Shown piece after piece: positions 33,601-43,017 of a DNA stretch of 64,000 bases. How positions within the stretch are numbered: position 1 is the stretch's first letter; each line of letters opens with the position of its first letter. A program made the translations under genes and the position numbers. Source of the DNA: Nitrosopumilaceae archaeon (lineage in GTDB: Archaea > Thermoproteota > Nitrososphaeria > Nitrososphaerales > Nitrosopumilaceae). Under the pieces are notes generated by a model. The model was not told the DNA's origin. It worked only from the letters and a program-made list of their open reading frames with translations, and did not search any database. The stretch lies in assembly GCA_965209085.1 (NCBI GenBank), contig OZ242376.1, positions 704,001 to 768,000 of the forward strand, written 5' to 3'.

Positions 33601-34151
33601 TGCGCAAAAATATGCTCGAAGGGGAGCGCAACTCTATAGTGCGGTTTATAGAAGATGTGGAGCGCGACAAAAAACAGACATTTTTGGACGCATTTGACAT
33701 TGTGGACAAACAGGTGCGGGAGACATTCTCAATGATGACCAGCGGGAGCGCGTGGCTGGAACTGCAAAACGAGGATGATATTTTCAATTCGGGCATATCG
33801 TACATGCTCCAGTTTCCAAACAAACCAAAGCGCGAATCAACATCAATCAGCGGAGGCGAGAAAACGCTTGCTGCAATCGTATTTGTTTTGGCGCTGCAAA
33901 AACTCAAACCATCCCCATTTTATTTATTTGATGAAGTTGATGCTCACCTTGATGCTCCAAACGCTGAGCGGCTCTCAAAGATATTGGAGATTCGCTCAAG
34001 GGACAGCCAGTTTATCATGGTCTCGCTAAAAGATTCAGTCGTGTCAAAAGCGTCTCTCATATATGGCGTGTATCCGCGCAAAGGGGATGCTGCCTCCCAG
34101 GTGGTCCGCTACAAGGATAAACGGCTGCCATCAGTTGATAATAACTCTTAA
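30618..34151 (+). CDS. smc: Chromosome segregation ATPase SMC
   Basis: GFKSF, GPNGSGKSN, long coiled coils with a hinge, SGGEK and LFDEVDAHLD. The start was moved to MVHIRKVE. Confidence 0.95.
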   Translation: MVHIRKVEIFGFKSFGFRNTVVDFRPGLVSISGPNGSGKSNILDAIIFASGEMRPKVMRVDKIRSLIHDVSSSGGGSRMARVSVHFDNSDRKIPFDSDSVEITRELSPDGENTYYINKKKTQRTHVVDLLEMANAGLHQLNAVQQGTVTRISEFTAEEKRHAIEDLVGMSMFDEKKTAAQNQLEAADNKLNVAFATMVQIKKQIDDLELQRNLQMRHVYMQNELARLQAESAAGKIYRLNNTKQEKSQTLLSVSEEINSTKENLGKIRAVIKTVEDEKSQFLAKMNEYNREKAQTDKQLADAMGSFEETRAILAVSKKRTDQIDARTNDLHIQSKNAAKLKDEAKSNLHTKHESLEKLESEKKRIAGNVTSSDERRMKILQRQSAESERRRQVDEKLQEMTSAFHDEELAAIKAKNTLSEYDAKINTNKTKMTQCMQNIEKLQNLKNSVSAIWQGRKDDVQKITSYLNSLKAKKAKAERDLEDLEIILEKSTKAGAKYDSKIQTVRNFMHEDYSVAKLKEHATRLGILGLVYELLSWDKEYERAIMASGSEWIKAIVVKDFETLVALAEHVRAQKLPKVKIIPLDALTTIGNANSEGGPHRMLSSHIRCSNDHRYLAEFLFGSIAVVKSNKEAFEASNSGYKVVTMDGNFVQPHSSGVVIDINSRISKIARIISMSMSVQGLLESVSVLKKHTISKKSAIQKASLRISEREALLRTLVSGMEKAQGSGADLEDSIKNASTLYNSIKERMNVIDKERASSQMQMSECAPKLESLKSEISSLKVSRTGIDIESIEADLQKANKEKSVINVQYSAILEEYGSIFALSAKLDAEILRHDESISLAEKEMQSLASEKITLSERIISLDVQLIDQNKILVSLREGEQRLIEGQGGSASEIEVYDEQTQQMRIKENEFTDSKTKAVRRSDGLNRDISELSIRVDALKKALNSYRGEIAYDPNFDPEPLLRGLDAELRTLGDLNATAPATYVEISTGYRSMSMRKNMLEGERNSIVRFIEDVERDKKQTFLDAFDIVDKQVRETFSMMTSGSAWLELQNEDDIFNSGISYMLQFPNKPKRESTSISGGEKTLAAIVFVLALQKLKPSPFYLFDEVDAHLDAPNAERLSKILEIRSRDSQFIMVSLKDSVVSKASLIYGVYPRKGDAASQVVRYKDKRLPSVDNNS

Positions 34152-34438
34152 ATGTACGCGCCGCTCTTATCAGCCTTTAAATCAATATTCAATACAGCGC
34201 CTGTGATAAATGAGTCGTTGCGTATGGTGCGAACTTTACTTACCTCCAAATGGTGGGGCCATATTTTTACGACAATCTCCCCCACTTTGATGTTCTCTGG
34301 CGCATCTGTAATCTTTATGTCATCATTTTTTACCCCGTATTTTTGCAGCTTTTCCATGCTGTGCTTTAAGAGCGGCTCTGGATTGTTGTTATCTATTAGC
34401 CATACTGTTCCCTCATATTTGATACTCTCTGAGCTCAT
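34148..34438 (-). CDS. Hypothetical protein
   Basis: 96-aa ORF with ATGA overlap to the upstream Lrp-like gene. Confidence 0.7.
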   Translation of the reverse strand: MSSESIKYEGTVWLIDNNNPEPLLKHSMEKLQKYGVKNDDIKITDAPENIKVGEIVVKIWPHHLEVSKVRTIRNDSFITGAVLNIDLKADKSGAYI

Positions 34439-34680
34439 GCTGCCATGTCCGAATTTGTAATGTTTAAAGTCATGGTGCTAACTACTCTGGATAGTGCGCG
34501 CATTTTTTGCGCAACTGTATCATCAAATTTACTTTGATCTTTTGCATGAACTTTAACTATAATATAGTATGCGCCAAAAGTAAGCTGAACTTTTGATACT
34601 TGGGGAATCTTGTGTATCTCATCTACAACACACTCCTCAGCTCCAAGATCGCAATTTACCATGACATACCCTACGTACAT
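34435..34680 (-). CDS. Lrp/AsnC ligand-binding (RAM) domain protein
   Basis: YVMVNCDLGAE...TFGAYYIIVKV...VVSTMTL. Confidence 0.85.
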   Translation of the reverse strand: MYVGYVMVNCDLGAEECVVDEIHKIPQVSKVQLTFGAYYIIVKVHAKDQSKFDDTVAQKMRALSRVVSTMTLNITNSDMAA

Positions 34681-34716
34681 TATGAAAATACTTGCATCTA
34701 ATCCATCTTTAAATCT

Positions 34717-35904
34717 TCATACATTGGGCGTACTATTCCTGCAGTCATCATTGGAATATTTTGTACCCCTCCATGAGACGCTGCCGCCGTTTGGAACAAG
34801 CGAGCCGGCCAAAAATCCAAGAGTGATGATTGCGCCTCCAAGGGGGGCAAATGCCGAATACCATACCCTGCTCTTCATTATCTTTGAGTTTACTGCAGCT
34901 GATACAAACGCTGCCGTAACTGCTGCCATTGATGTTGCAAACAGTACGTATGAGTCAATTCCATACACTAGGAGCGCAAACGCATAAGGGGCAAGAGCAA
35001 ATGGGACCATCATGAGGAATGCGACAGCTATTGTTATTCCCACTGCCTGTTTTTGATTTGATGATGCAATGGGCACCATTAGTCTTTTTATGGCATTCCA
35101 GAGGGTATGAGAGTCGCGTGCCCAGACTGCCGTTACATTCTCAGTACCTGACACTATGAGCATTTTGTATTTTGAATTTTTAACAATCCTGCCCAAAACC
35201 CCATCCTCGACAATCTCCCCACGTGTCCTGTAATGCCCGCCCACATCATCGTATACGTCTGCATTTATGATGAAAAAACTTCCGTAAAAATATCCCGCAC
35301 TCTTTGATGGGTCATTTACCTTTGAGGCCGAATATATGGTGTTTAAAAATACTGTAATCATGGGCATTGTAACAGCAGTCCAAAAATCCAAAGTTAGCAG
35401 CCGGGGCATGATGGTTATTGCGTCAAGTTTTTTCATATCCATGTGCGAGAGAGCCCTTGATAATGCCTGCGGCGAATGCACAGTGTCAGCATCCGTAAAA
35501 AATAACATCTCCCCTGTGGCTCGTTTGCGGCCCTGCGCGCACGGCCAGTTTTTTCCAACCCATCCTTTAGGTTTAGGACCTGCTTGCACGTGTATGATGT
35601 TTTTGTATATTTTTGCCATCTCGTTTATTATCTGCCCTGTTCCATCATCTGATGAATCATCAATGGCGATAATCTCCAAATTTTCATAATCTTGTTCTGC
35701 AAGCGATTTGAGGCATCTTTTGATGTGATCTTTTTCATTGCGTGCCGGCAGTATAACTGAGACTCTCTGCCCTTTTGTGATTTTCTCCTTTGTGAGTTTT
35801 GGCGTTGCTGCATGATCTTTTATCATGGTTTTGCATAAATGCAGCCACGTGAAAAAAACTAGAATCATAAAACCTGCGAGTACATAGTTTATAACATCTA
35901 GCAA
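34717..35904 (-). CDS. GT2 glycosyltransferase, membrane-bound
   Basis: VILPARNE, IDDSSDDGT, GWVGKNW, FTDAD and VED motifs. The start is probably TTG at 35904, because the longer ORF overlaps the next gene. Confidence 0.88.
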   Translation of the reverse strand: MLDVINYVLAGFMILVFFTWLHLCKTMIKDHAATPKLTKEKITKGQRVSVILPARNEKDHIKRCLKSLAEQDYENLEIIAIDDSSDDGTGQIINEMAKIYKNIIHVQAGPKPKGWVGKNWPCAQGRKRATGEMLFFTDADTVHSPQALSRALSHMDMKKLDAITIMPRLLTLDFWTAVTMPMITVFLNTIYSASKVNDPSKSAGYFYGSFFIINADVYDDVGGHYRTRGEIVEDGVLGRIVKNSKYKMLIVSGTENVTAVWARDSHTLWNAIKRLMVPIASSNQKQAVGITIAVAFLMMVPFALAPYAFALLVYGIDSYVLFATSMAAVTAAFVSAAVNSKIMKSRVWYSAFAPLGGAIITLGFLAGSLVPNGGSVSWRGTKYSNDDCRNSTPNV

Positions 35905-36326
35905 GAACTTTTGCCTTCTGCATCGTTTTTTATCGCGTAAAGAGCCTGTTCGGTACCGCCTTTGATGTGTTTTTTGAGCATACAGGTAAACAATCCAAAC
36001 ATACCTGTCATCTTTATGTCCCATATTACGCCAAGAACTGTCATCTGGCCGCTCTTTTTCACGGTGATGGTTTTTGTTCCAACTATAACTCCGGCAGTAA
36101 ACGTGATTTTTATCGACTCTTCTGGTATAATCTGCACTGTCTGCTCGCATTTTTTGTCCCTGAATGCTATGACTACTTCGCGGCGGATGGTATCTCCATC
36201 AGAAGATACGGTTTTGACGCTTTTTGTACCCTTCCAGTATTTTGGTTCAGCATCCAAATCTGCAACTAAATCCCACACTGTTTTTGGAGGGGCTGCTATC
36301 TTTATTGATGATTCTATGAGTGCCAT
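35898..36326 (-). CDS. SRPBCC/polyketide cyclase family protein
   Basis: IKIAAPPKTVWDLVAD...PKYW pattern with a C-terminal helix. Confidence 0.85.
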   Translation of the reverse strand: MALIESSIKIAAPPKTVWDLVADLDAEPKYWKGTKSVKTVSSDGDTIRREVVIAFRDKKCEQTVQIIPEESIKITFTAGVIVGTKTITVKKSGQMTVLGVIWDIKMTGMFGLFTCMLKKHIKGGTEQALYAIKNDAEGKSSC

Positions 36327-36553
36327 GGATGTAACCTGTATCAATTATTATATATCATTATGCGCTGTCAGGTTTGCCTATTGGGTAATGTTGCAGGTTT
36401 TATTCATAAACGGGTATTTTTTATGTGAAAATTTGATAAAATCCATTTAAAATCATGCCATATGGCTGATACTTGATAGGAAATTAACCCTCGCAGGTTG
36501 AACCGCGCCAAATATGGATCAACTTATTAATGGATATTTTGTATAGATATAAC

Positions 36554-36646
36554 ATGGCAGATGAAGACGTAAAAAACATCAAAAAGATAGCAGAGAAATG
36601 CATAAAAGATAACGAATTAATCTTTAAAGCACTATCTAAAATATGA
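36554..36646 (+). CDS. Putative minimal antitoxin for Doc (30 aa, not in the ORF track)
   Basis: MADEDVKNIKKIAEKCIKDNELIFKALSKI*. The ATGA overlaps the doc start, and TATA-like TTATTAA lies about 25-30 nt upstream. Confidence 0.7.
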   Translation: MADEDVKNIKKIAEKCIKDNELIFKALSKI

Positions 36647-37278
36647 TAAAATATCTTACTGTTGACTCGGTACTAGATTTACACTCTGTCGTAAAGGAAC
36701 ATTTTCATGATCATACAACAAGCGGTAAAATTGATGAATATAAGATTCAATCGATTTTAGACAAACCGGGAAGAAAATTTGGAAATAAAGAAATGTATCC
36801 GACAATATATGAAAAGGCAGCATGTATTTTAGAATCATTTTGCAGGGAGCATATATTTACAGATGGCAACAAGCGAACTGCAGTACTTGCAATGTTTGTA
36901 TTTCTTACAATCAATAACCACAATATTGTATTGCCACTTTCTATTACCAAATATGCTGCAGGAATTACAAAATGTATGGATCAAAAACCCGAAGATATTG
37001 AAGCCTTGATAAAAGACATCAGTAAATGGATTGAAAAAAGATCATCTACAAATAGCAAAAACCACAAAAAGAAATTAATACGATATTTATACTTGCCATG
37101 GCTTGGCATGGTTTTATTATTATTTTCAATAATTGGTGCCCCAATACAGTATGTGATAATTCAAGATTGGTTTCAAACCAAAATGCATCCTGAATATGAG
37201 AGCAAGATAAAATTACAATTTGATTTTATTCTTGTAGTCCCTTTTAAACTCAAACAACATTTAAAACAACAGGCATGA
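36643..37278 (+). CDS. Doc/Fic-family toxin with a hydrophobic C-terminal extension
   Basis: YPTIYEKAA and HIFTDGNKRTA (Doc-type HxFxDGNKR). Confidence 0.88.
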   Translation: MIKYLTVDSVLDLHSVVKEHFHDHTTSGKIDEYKIQSILDKPGRKFGNKEMYPTIYEKAACILESFCREHIFTDGNKRTAVLAMFVFLTINNHNIVLPLSITKYAAGITKCMDQKPEDIEALIKDISKWIEKRSSTNSKNHKKKLIRYLYLPWLGMVLLLFSIIGAPIQYVIIQDWFQTKMHPEYESKIKLQFDFILVVPFKLKQHLKQQA

Positions 37279-37604
37279 CATGATTATGGGCAAAAGTCAT
37301 TTCGTGTTGCATAAATAGTAAAATTTTTTGATTGATACAATATCCATTCTGATAAAAACAACAAGCAAACAACTCAAAAACATGTACGATGAAATTCTTG
37401 CGATACACTAGTCTCAAAGCTGAATCTGACTGGCTTTAGCACTCCATCATATGCCATCATTTATCTCCAAAGTATTACGATATTGGATTTTAGGGCATAT
37501 GTGTTTGAATCGTATCTGATACAAACAGTGTCAGAACCATTTTCATCGTTCATGGGCGAAATTTGACAAGGTGTATTTTAATATAAAAATAATGTATCAT
37601 ATTT

Positions 37605-38459
37605 ATGATAAAGTGTCAAATTTTACTCGTAATCATCTTGTCTGTATCATTACTAGTAATTGCAACTGGTGTTGCATCCGCACAGCCCCTGGAGAGCATA
37701 CAGAGTCCAAAACAGCAGCTTGACCGCGGGATTACCCCATATGATGTAATTTGCAGAAACGGACTAATACTTGTGGAAAGATCTAGTGATAAAATCGCAT
37801 GCGTGTATGAAACGACCGCACAAAAAATGGGATGGAATGTAATATCTCTCCCAGCCTCAATTTTGGATAAAACCCCAAATAATCAATTAAACATGGATAA
37901 TTCAAATAAAATAATCCATGAAACATATGGCACTCTTATTACCACTGCTGCCAAACTTAATGCAAGTTTGAGTGCAACAATTCCAAACTCTGTATCCATA
38001 AATGAAACTTTTGATATACAATATGTCTGGACTGAAGATCCCGTCTATGGATATTTTTCAAACACTGTGGAAAACGACTATAATATTTTAAGCATGGCCA
38101 CATCCGAAGTTGAATTTGTTAATGCCAAAAATAATTGGGATTTTGACAATTGCGTTAAAGGGGCACTTGATAAAATCAATCAAACGTCTAAAAATGCATC
38201 TGATAGGACTGGCACTTTTAGTTACAAATTTGTCAAATCCCCCGGAGTTGTTTTCACATATCCGTCAATTATCATATTTGGCACTGATTCATCACACGTT
38301 TCCATATATGCCATTGATGATGGGAACGGAACAATAATCCTAGAAAAGATGAATAATCATGGAAAAATACCGTATGATCCTCCGTGTGCACAAGATGAAA
38401 TGATTCAATCTATAGTTGCAGCATTTGAAAACAATGCACATAATTTAACGGTGCCATAA
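37605..38459 (+). CDS. Secreted hypothetical protein
   Basis: Signal peptide followed by SPKQQ...VIC..GL.L...ACV..TAQKMGW, a module typical of thaumarchaeal secreted proteins. Confidence 0.75.
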   Translation: MIKCQILLVIILSVSLLVIATGVASAQPLESIQSPKQQLDRGITPYDVICRNGLILVERSSDKIACVYETTAQKMGWNVISLPASILDKTPNNQLNMDNSNKIIHETYGTLITTAAKLNASLSATIPNSVSINETFDIQYVWTEDPVYGYFSNTVENDYNILSMATSEVEFVNAKNNWDFDNCVKGALDKINQTSKNASDRTGTFSYKFVKSPGVVFTYPSIIIFGTDSSHVSIYAIDDGNGTIILEKMNNHGKIPYDPPCAQDEMIQSIVAAFENNAHNLTVP

Positions 38460-39106
38460 ATACATCCCATTGGATAAAAAAACCTGGTTGTATATGCGGA
38501 CTCGTGTGTAACGAAAATAAATTCAATCCATAATATATTCTGCAGATTATAGTTTATTTCCAGGCCATAAATATTTGAAAAGATCGGGCATGTGTGATAA
38601 TTTGAGTGCGGTACGAGAATTTATAAAACCATGCAAATTTTCGACATGAAATAAATTTATCTGACCGTGACCGTCAATTGTTGTATATCTTTTTTACAGA
38701 TATCTGATCCTCAATTGGTGATTTCTTTTTCATCCATGTCAACATTCACTATTAAATCACAATCGACAGAATTGGGTGTCTCTTTTACAAGTTTAAATCC
38801 GATTTTTGATGATCTTTTAAAACTTTTGAGTAAACTCTGCTACTCAAACATCATACTCTCCATTCTGTTTTCAATTGGCTTACATATTTGCCCCAGCGTT
38901 ATATTTAATAAATTTTTTTAATACTTGCCCCATCCTAAAGGCAGCATTCTCTTATTTGACACCATTCTTCCACAGCTTGTATCAATACTCATTTCACCCT
39001 GTTCTAGTATTTTACTTGGAAATATCTTCATGGATTGAACAATATTGCCAAATACAGCACCGCCCGATTTATTAACCAAACCTTACCATTTACACTCGTA
39101 AGCATC

Positions 39107-39316
39107 ATGAGATCCTCAAGATATCTTCCAAAAATAGAGACATTTAATGCCAATAAATTCTGGGAAAATTCTTTTGCTGATGCGCGCGCAAAACTGCTCA
39201 GGCTAGTTGACATACCTGAAGATAAGATATCTGAGATGATATCTGTAAAATACGCCAAACTTCCATCGGATCTCCGCTACAAGATGGAAACATCTGATAT
39301 TAGAGAAAAATTATAA
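39107..39316 (+). CDS. Small hypothetical protein
   Basis: 3' part of ORF 39035-39316. The start is uncertain. Confidence 0.55.
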   Translation: MRSSRYLPKIETFNANKFWENSFADARAKLLRLVDIPEDKISEMISVKYAKLPSDLRYKMETSDIREKL

Positions 39317-39360
39317 AATACAAGAAACAGTTTATAGAATGGTGCACATTTGCATACAAT

Positions 39361-39684
39361 GTGACAATAACGTATGATGATTTTGCAAAACTGGAAATCC
39401 GCACCGTCAAAATAACCAATGTTGAAGCAATAGAGGGAAAGTCGCGCATAGCTCTTGGAACAATTAGTGATGGGACACGTACGATGAAAGTTATCATAGG
39501 GGGCGCTGACAAGTTTGATCCTCAAAGTTTGATTGGAGTGCAGGCAATAGCTGTTACAAATTTGGAGCCAAAAAACATTGCGGGTATAAATTCTGAGGCG
39601 ATGCTTCTTGCAGCAGACGTGGATGGAATGCCTTTTTGGCTTGCACCGCGCGGCGAGGTACCTGACGGTACTTTGATTAAATAA
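39361..39684 (+). CDS. tRNA-binding OB-fold protein (Trbp111/CsaA/MetRS C-terminal-like)
   Basis: ITYDDFAKLEIR...NLEPK..AGINSEAMLLAA...GT.IK. Confidence 0.9.
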   Translation: MTITYDDFAKLEIRTVKITNVEAIEGKSRIALGTISDGTRTMKVIIGGADKFDPQSLIGVQAIAVTNLEPKNIAGINSEAMLLAADVDGMPFWLAPRGEVPDGTLIK

Positions 39685-39715
39685 ACAACAATAACAATAA
39701 TTATAATTATATTAT

Positions 39716-39780
39716 ATTTTATTTTATTTTATTTTATTTTATTTTATTTTATTTTATTTTATTTTATTTTATTTTATTTT
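39716..39780 (+). repeat. (ATTTT)13 microsatellite
   Basis: Perfect pentamer run ending in the tbp stop codon. Confidence 0.97.
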
Positions 39781-40339
39781 ATGTGTATACCATTAGATTC
39801 TTCTCTTCAAGCATTGCATGAAGATTATTTACAGATCTGTACACATCTGGTTCTTTTTTAGCACCAGTGCAGACAAGCTTGCCGGATGAGAATACTAGTA
39901 TCACAGTTTTTGGATCAACCACCCTGTGTATGAGTCCTGGAAACTGTTCAGGCTCGTACATGCTACGGGGTAGGGTTCTTGCAGCATCCTCTAGATGAAT
40001 TTTCCCGCCAAGATTTACCGATGCTACGATATTTTGAATGTCAACTTTGGCATTTTTTTTAATCTTTATCCCTCCTTTACGCAATTTCTCCACGACCGTT
40101 TTTACTGCCTTTCTTGCCAACGCTTCGGATTTTGAGCCTGTACACACCATCTTGCCTGAAGTGAACACCAAAGTGGCAGTTTTTGGAGTCGCCAACCTAA
40201 AGACCAATCCTGGAAACTGATCCGGATGGTATTCCACGTCTGGAAATTTTTTCGTAATCTCATTTAAATCCATTTTTTGATCAACTGACGCTGACGCCAC
40301 CACGTTTTCTATGCTAATAATGGGTTTTGTCTGCGGCAT
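39779..40339 (-). CDS. tbp: TATA-box binding protein
   Basis: IENVVAS/IQNIVAS duplicated halves, YEPEQFPGL and FSSGKLVCTGAK. The start is at MPQTK. Confidence 0.97.
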   Translation of the reverse strand: MPQTKPIISIENVVASASVDQKMDLNEITKKFPDVEYHPDQFPGLVFRLATPKTATLVFTSGKMVCTGSKSEALARKAVKTVVEKLRKGGIKIKKNAKVDIQNIVASVNLGGKIHLEDAARTLPRSMYEPEQFPGLIHRVVDPKTVILVFSSGKLVCTGAKKEPDVYRSVNNLHAMLEEKNLMVYT

Positions 40340-40488
40340 GATCCCACTAATCTGCTCTATAATAAAAAGAATGCACGCACAGATTGAGATAAAACCGCAC
40401 ATTTCAAATGTAATCCTCATTATGGCCATATCCTTGCAAAAGGGGGTAATCTGCGAATAGTTTAATTTGGAATAAACGCCGGCGGCAA

Positions 40489-41604
40489 TTGATGAATTTA
40501 ACCCTTCCTGAATTGGGCGATCTTTTTGGACCCTCCGACTCTGACCTGCTTTTGACGCTCATATGGATTCTCCCTTTGTTCATATTTGTCATGTACGGGC
40601 AGCGCATACAGCTCTCAGTGACATCCAGGGAGCTACAGAAAAACATTAAAAAACTCTCCACCATGCGCAGTAAATCCAGATCATATCTTGTATCATACGC
40701 GCAAAGCATATCCGATGATTGCAATCCAAAAAATGCAGCAATGCTTGCCGATTATTTTACAATCTCTCCAATAAGCTTGGATCCTGCAGGATTGGTTCCA
40801 AAGATTCAGCATATAGTGCGCTCAAAAGAGGATGCAATACGCGCAAAAATCCTTGATATTTTACCAAATGCAAATGATGTGCAGATATCGAAGATACAAA
40901 CGATTGCAGAGCTTGCCGCCACGCTTCAAATGGTGCACAAGATAGTAAACCATTTGTTCCTTACTGCAAAAAAACAGCACAACTATCCGCTCATTTTACC
41001 TTTGCAGATGGTACTGCCCACCATAATGGAGGAGGCTAGTGCAATGTATGATGCCCTTGATGCACTCAAACTTGGCCAGCCGATAGGGGATGGCATAGGA
41101 CCGCTTGTTGCAGCAACACTGATGGACGGTAATGAGAGAATCACATCGATGAGGGAAACTGACATGTGCCGGATGGAGATTGACGGGCGCAAAGTATGCG
41201 TGATAAAGGCGCGCGGGCCCATGTCAACTGTGGGTAGGATTGCCGATGCCTTAGACTTTGCAGTATCTGAATACGGAAAACCTGACGCAATCATAACTAT
41301 AGATGCTGCAAAAAAACTCGAAGGCGAGAATTCTGGCGAAATTGCGGCAGGATTTGGAGTTGCAATGGGCGGGATTGGAACTGAGAGATTTCAAATAGAA
41401 GAGACTGCTGCAAACTTGGGCATCATAACGCATGCAGTGGTGGTAAAACAGTCGGTAAAAGAATCCCTTACACTGATGAGCAAAGAGATTTCAGATAGGA
41501 CCGATGATGCATATGATAGGACAAAGCAGGCCCTGTTTGATGCTGTACCCAAAGGCGGTATGGCCATCATTATAGGTGTCGGGAATACCTCGGGGGTGCC
41601 ATAG
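40489..41604 (+). CDS. DUF1512-family protein
   Basis: PIGDGIGP, IDAA.KLEGE.SG and IGVGNT.G motifs with an N-terminal TM helix. Confidence 0.85.
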   Translation: MMNLTLPELGDLFGPSDSDLLLTLIWILPLFIFVMYGQRIQLSVTSRELQKNIKKLSTMRSKSRSYLVSYAQSISDDCNPKNAAMLADYFTISPISLDPAGLVPKIQHIVRSKEDAIRAKILDILPNANDVQISKIQTIAELAATLQMVHKIVNHLFLTAKKQHNYPLILPLQMVLPTIMEEASAMYDALDALKLGQPIGDGIGPLVAATLMDGNERITSMRETDMCRMEIDGRKVCVIKARGPMSTVGRIADALDFAVSEYGKPDAIITIDAAKKLEGENSGEIAAGFGVAMGGIGTERFQIEETAANLGIITHAVVVKQSVKESLTLMSKEISDRTDDAYDRTKQALFDAVPKGGMAIIIGVGNTSGVP

Positions 41605-41787
41605 ATGTTTTGGAAAAAGAAAAAAATTGTACGCGATGCCAAAACGGTTGAAAAATGTACCGTTTGCAAAACAGAGCGCATACGTGATTATACGGAAGGG
41701 GATGTGATATTTGGTACAGCTGATTTTTGTAAATTATGTAAAAAACCTGCCCGTATTGAGCGAATTTATGCGCAGATTAGAGGGTAG
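41605..41787 (+). CDS. Small zinc-ribbon protein
   Basis: Two CxxC pairs (CTVC, CKLC), directly following the DUF1512 stop. Confidence 0.75.
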   Translation: MFWKKKKIVRDAKTVEKCTVCKTERIRDYTEGDVIFGTADFCKLCKKPARIERIYAQIRG

Positions 41788-42661
41788 TAATAATTGCACC
41801 ATCAGTTTGCGGAATAAACGTGTGTTCTGCCTGGGCAACTTTTTTGCCGTTTGCCTCCACTAGTATGGGGTATGCCCTCACGCATTTCTTTTTTACAAGA
41901 AACTGCAGCAGATCTCCTGTTTTATCCCATTCTTTTCTGAGCCATCTTTCGGCAAACGGCAGCATGTTGTAATTGTCCCAAATGTACCCTAGCATGCGGT
42001 CAGCGTTTTCATCTTTTGTTTTTTTACGGTTTGATATGGCATAAATGTTTTTGATTTTTCCCTCCTTGACAAATCCCATACCATCCGCATACGTGACAAA
42101 CGGCTCGCATGCATATGCAGCATCCTTTTCAAGGGAAAACGATCCTATGGACCACATGTTTGGTATCGTTCTGCCGGCATGTATGGTATATTTTCCAAGT
42201 GAATGGCCGCTTAGGTTGGCTATGGGTTTGAATCCGGCATTTGTAATTGATTTTTCTATGGTTTTTCCCACATCTTTTGATTTTACATCCTCTGCAACCA
42301 TGGACATTGCCGCCTTTAGGGCGTTCTCTGCTGCATCAAGTAAGGATATGTGGCGGGCATCGGTGCAGACAGTTACTGCAGTATCTGCAATGTATCCGTT
42401 TATCTGTGCACCCATGTCAAGTTTTACAAGATCGCCCTCTTTGATGACTGTCTCATCGTCCGGTTCCGCAGTATAGTGCGCCGCTGTTTCATTTATGCTG
42501 ACATTGACTGGAAACGCGCATTTGGCGCCCATCTTTATTATGGATGATTCTATATGCTCGCACACCTCTAAAACGGTTTTACCGTCATGATCCGTGTTGC
42601 GCGCCTCTTCGCGCACGGTGGCTGCAATTTTCCCCGCCGCCTTGTAATCTTCTATGGACAC
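41777..42661 (-). CDS. map: Methionine aminopeptidase type II
   Basis: AFPVNVSINETAAHYT, GYIADTA, NLSGH, CEPF and AQAEHT. The start is GTG (VSIEDYK), and the longer ORF runs into an IS relic. Confidence 0.95.
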   Translation of the reverse strand: MSIEDYKAAGKIAATVREEARNTDHDGKTVLEVCEHIESSIIKMGAKCAFPVNVSINETAAHYTAEPDDETVIKEGDLVKLDMGAQINGYIADTAVTVCTDARHISLLDAAENALKAAMSMVAEDVKSKDVGKTIEKSITNAGFKPIANLSGHSLGKYTIHAGRTIPNMWSIGSFSLEKDAAYACEPFVTYADGMGFVKEGKIKNIYAISNRKKTKDENADRMLGYIWDNYNMLPFAERWLRKEWDKTGDLLQFLVKKKCVRAYPILVEANGKKVAQAEHTFIPQTDGAIITTL

Positions 42662-42715
42662 AGACTGTGTATGCGATGTGTCAAATAAAAAGGATGCAGT
42701 GGATTTTACAGTATA

Positions 42716-42950
42716 TGACAGGAACTGATAATCTTTGGCAGGCTGAGATGACGTACGTTTGGCGCGGTCCGGACAGATGGCGTTGCATATTTTACGTATT
42801 GGATGCATTTGCTTGCAAATATGTACACTCTGCAATGGGATGTGTAATGCCATCAGAATTTGGTCTCGCGTGGAGACAAACAAAAATGAGTTCTCTGATC
42901 CTTTCACTTTTAATGCAAAAAACGTTCTCCCTCTATAAGGGTCTGCATCA
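42716..42950 (+). mobile_element. Internally deleted IS3 orfB relic with right end
   Basis: LWQAEMTYVWRG jumps to VHSAMG..PSEF. The end ...GGGTCTGCATCA resembles the 23002 end. Confidence 0.8.
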
Positions 42951-43017
42951 TTATGCATAACCTCTATGGATTAAAAACATACAAAATTTATTATGTATAA
43001 TATAAAATTCAAATATT

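Noticed and set aside
38460-39030. Short ORFs between the secreted protein and the core genes (also 30213-30490)
   Set aside because: They are AT-rich, interrupted by stops and have no recognisable motif. They may be decayed genes but cannot be supported.
41777-42958. 393-aa MAP with a long N-terminal extension
   Set aside because: The extension is the antisense of an IS3 relic. The likely start is 42661.
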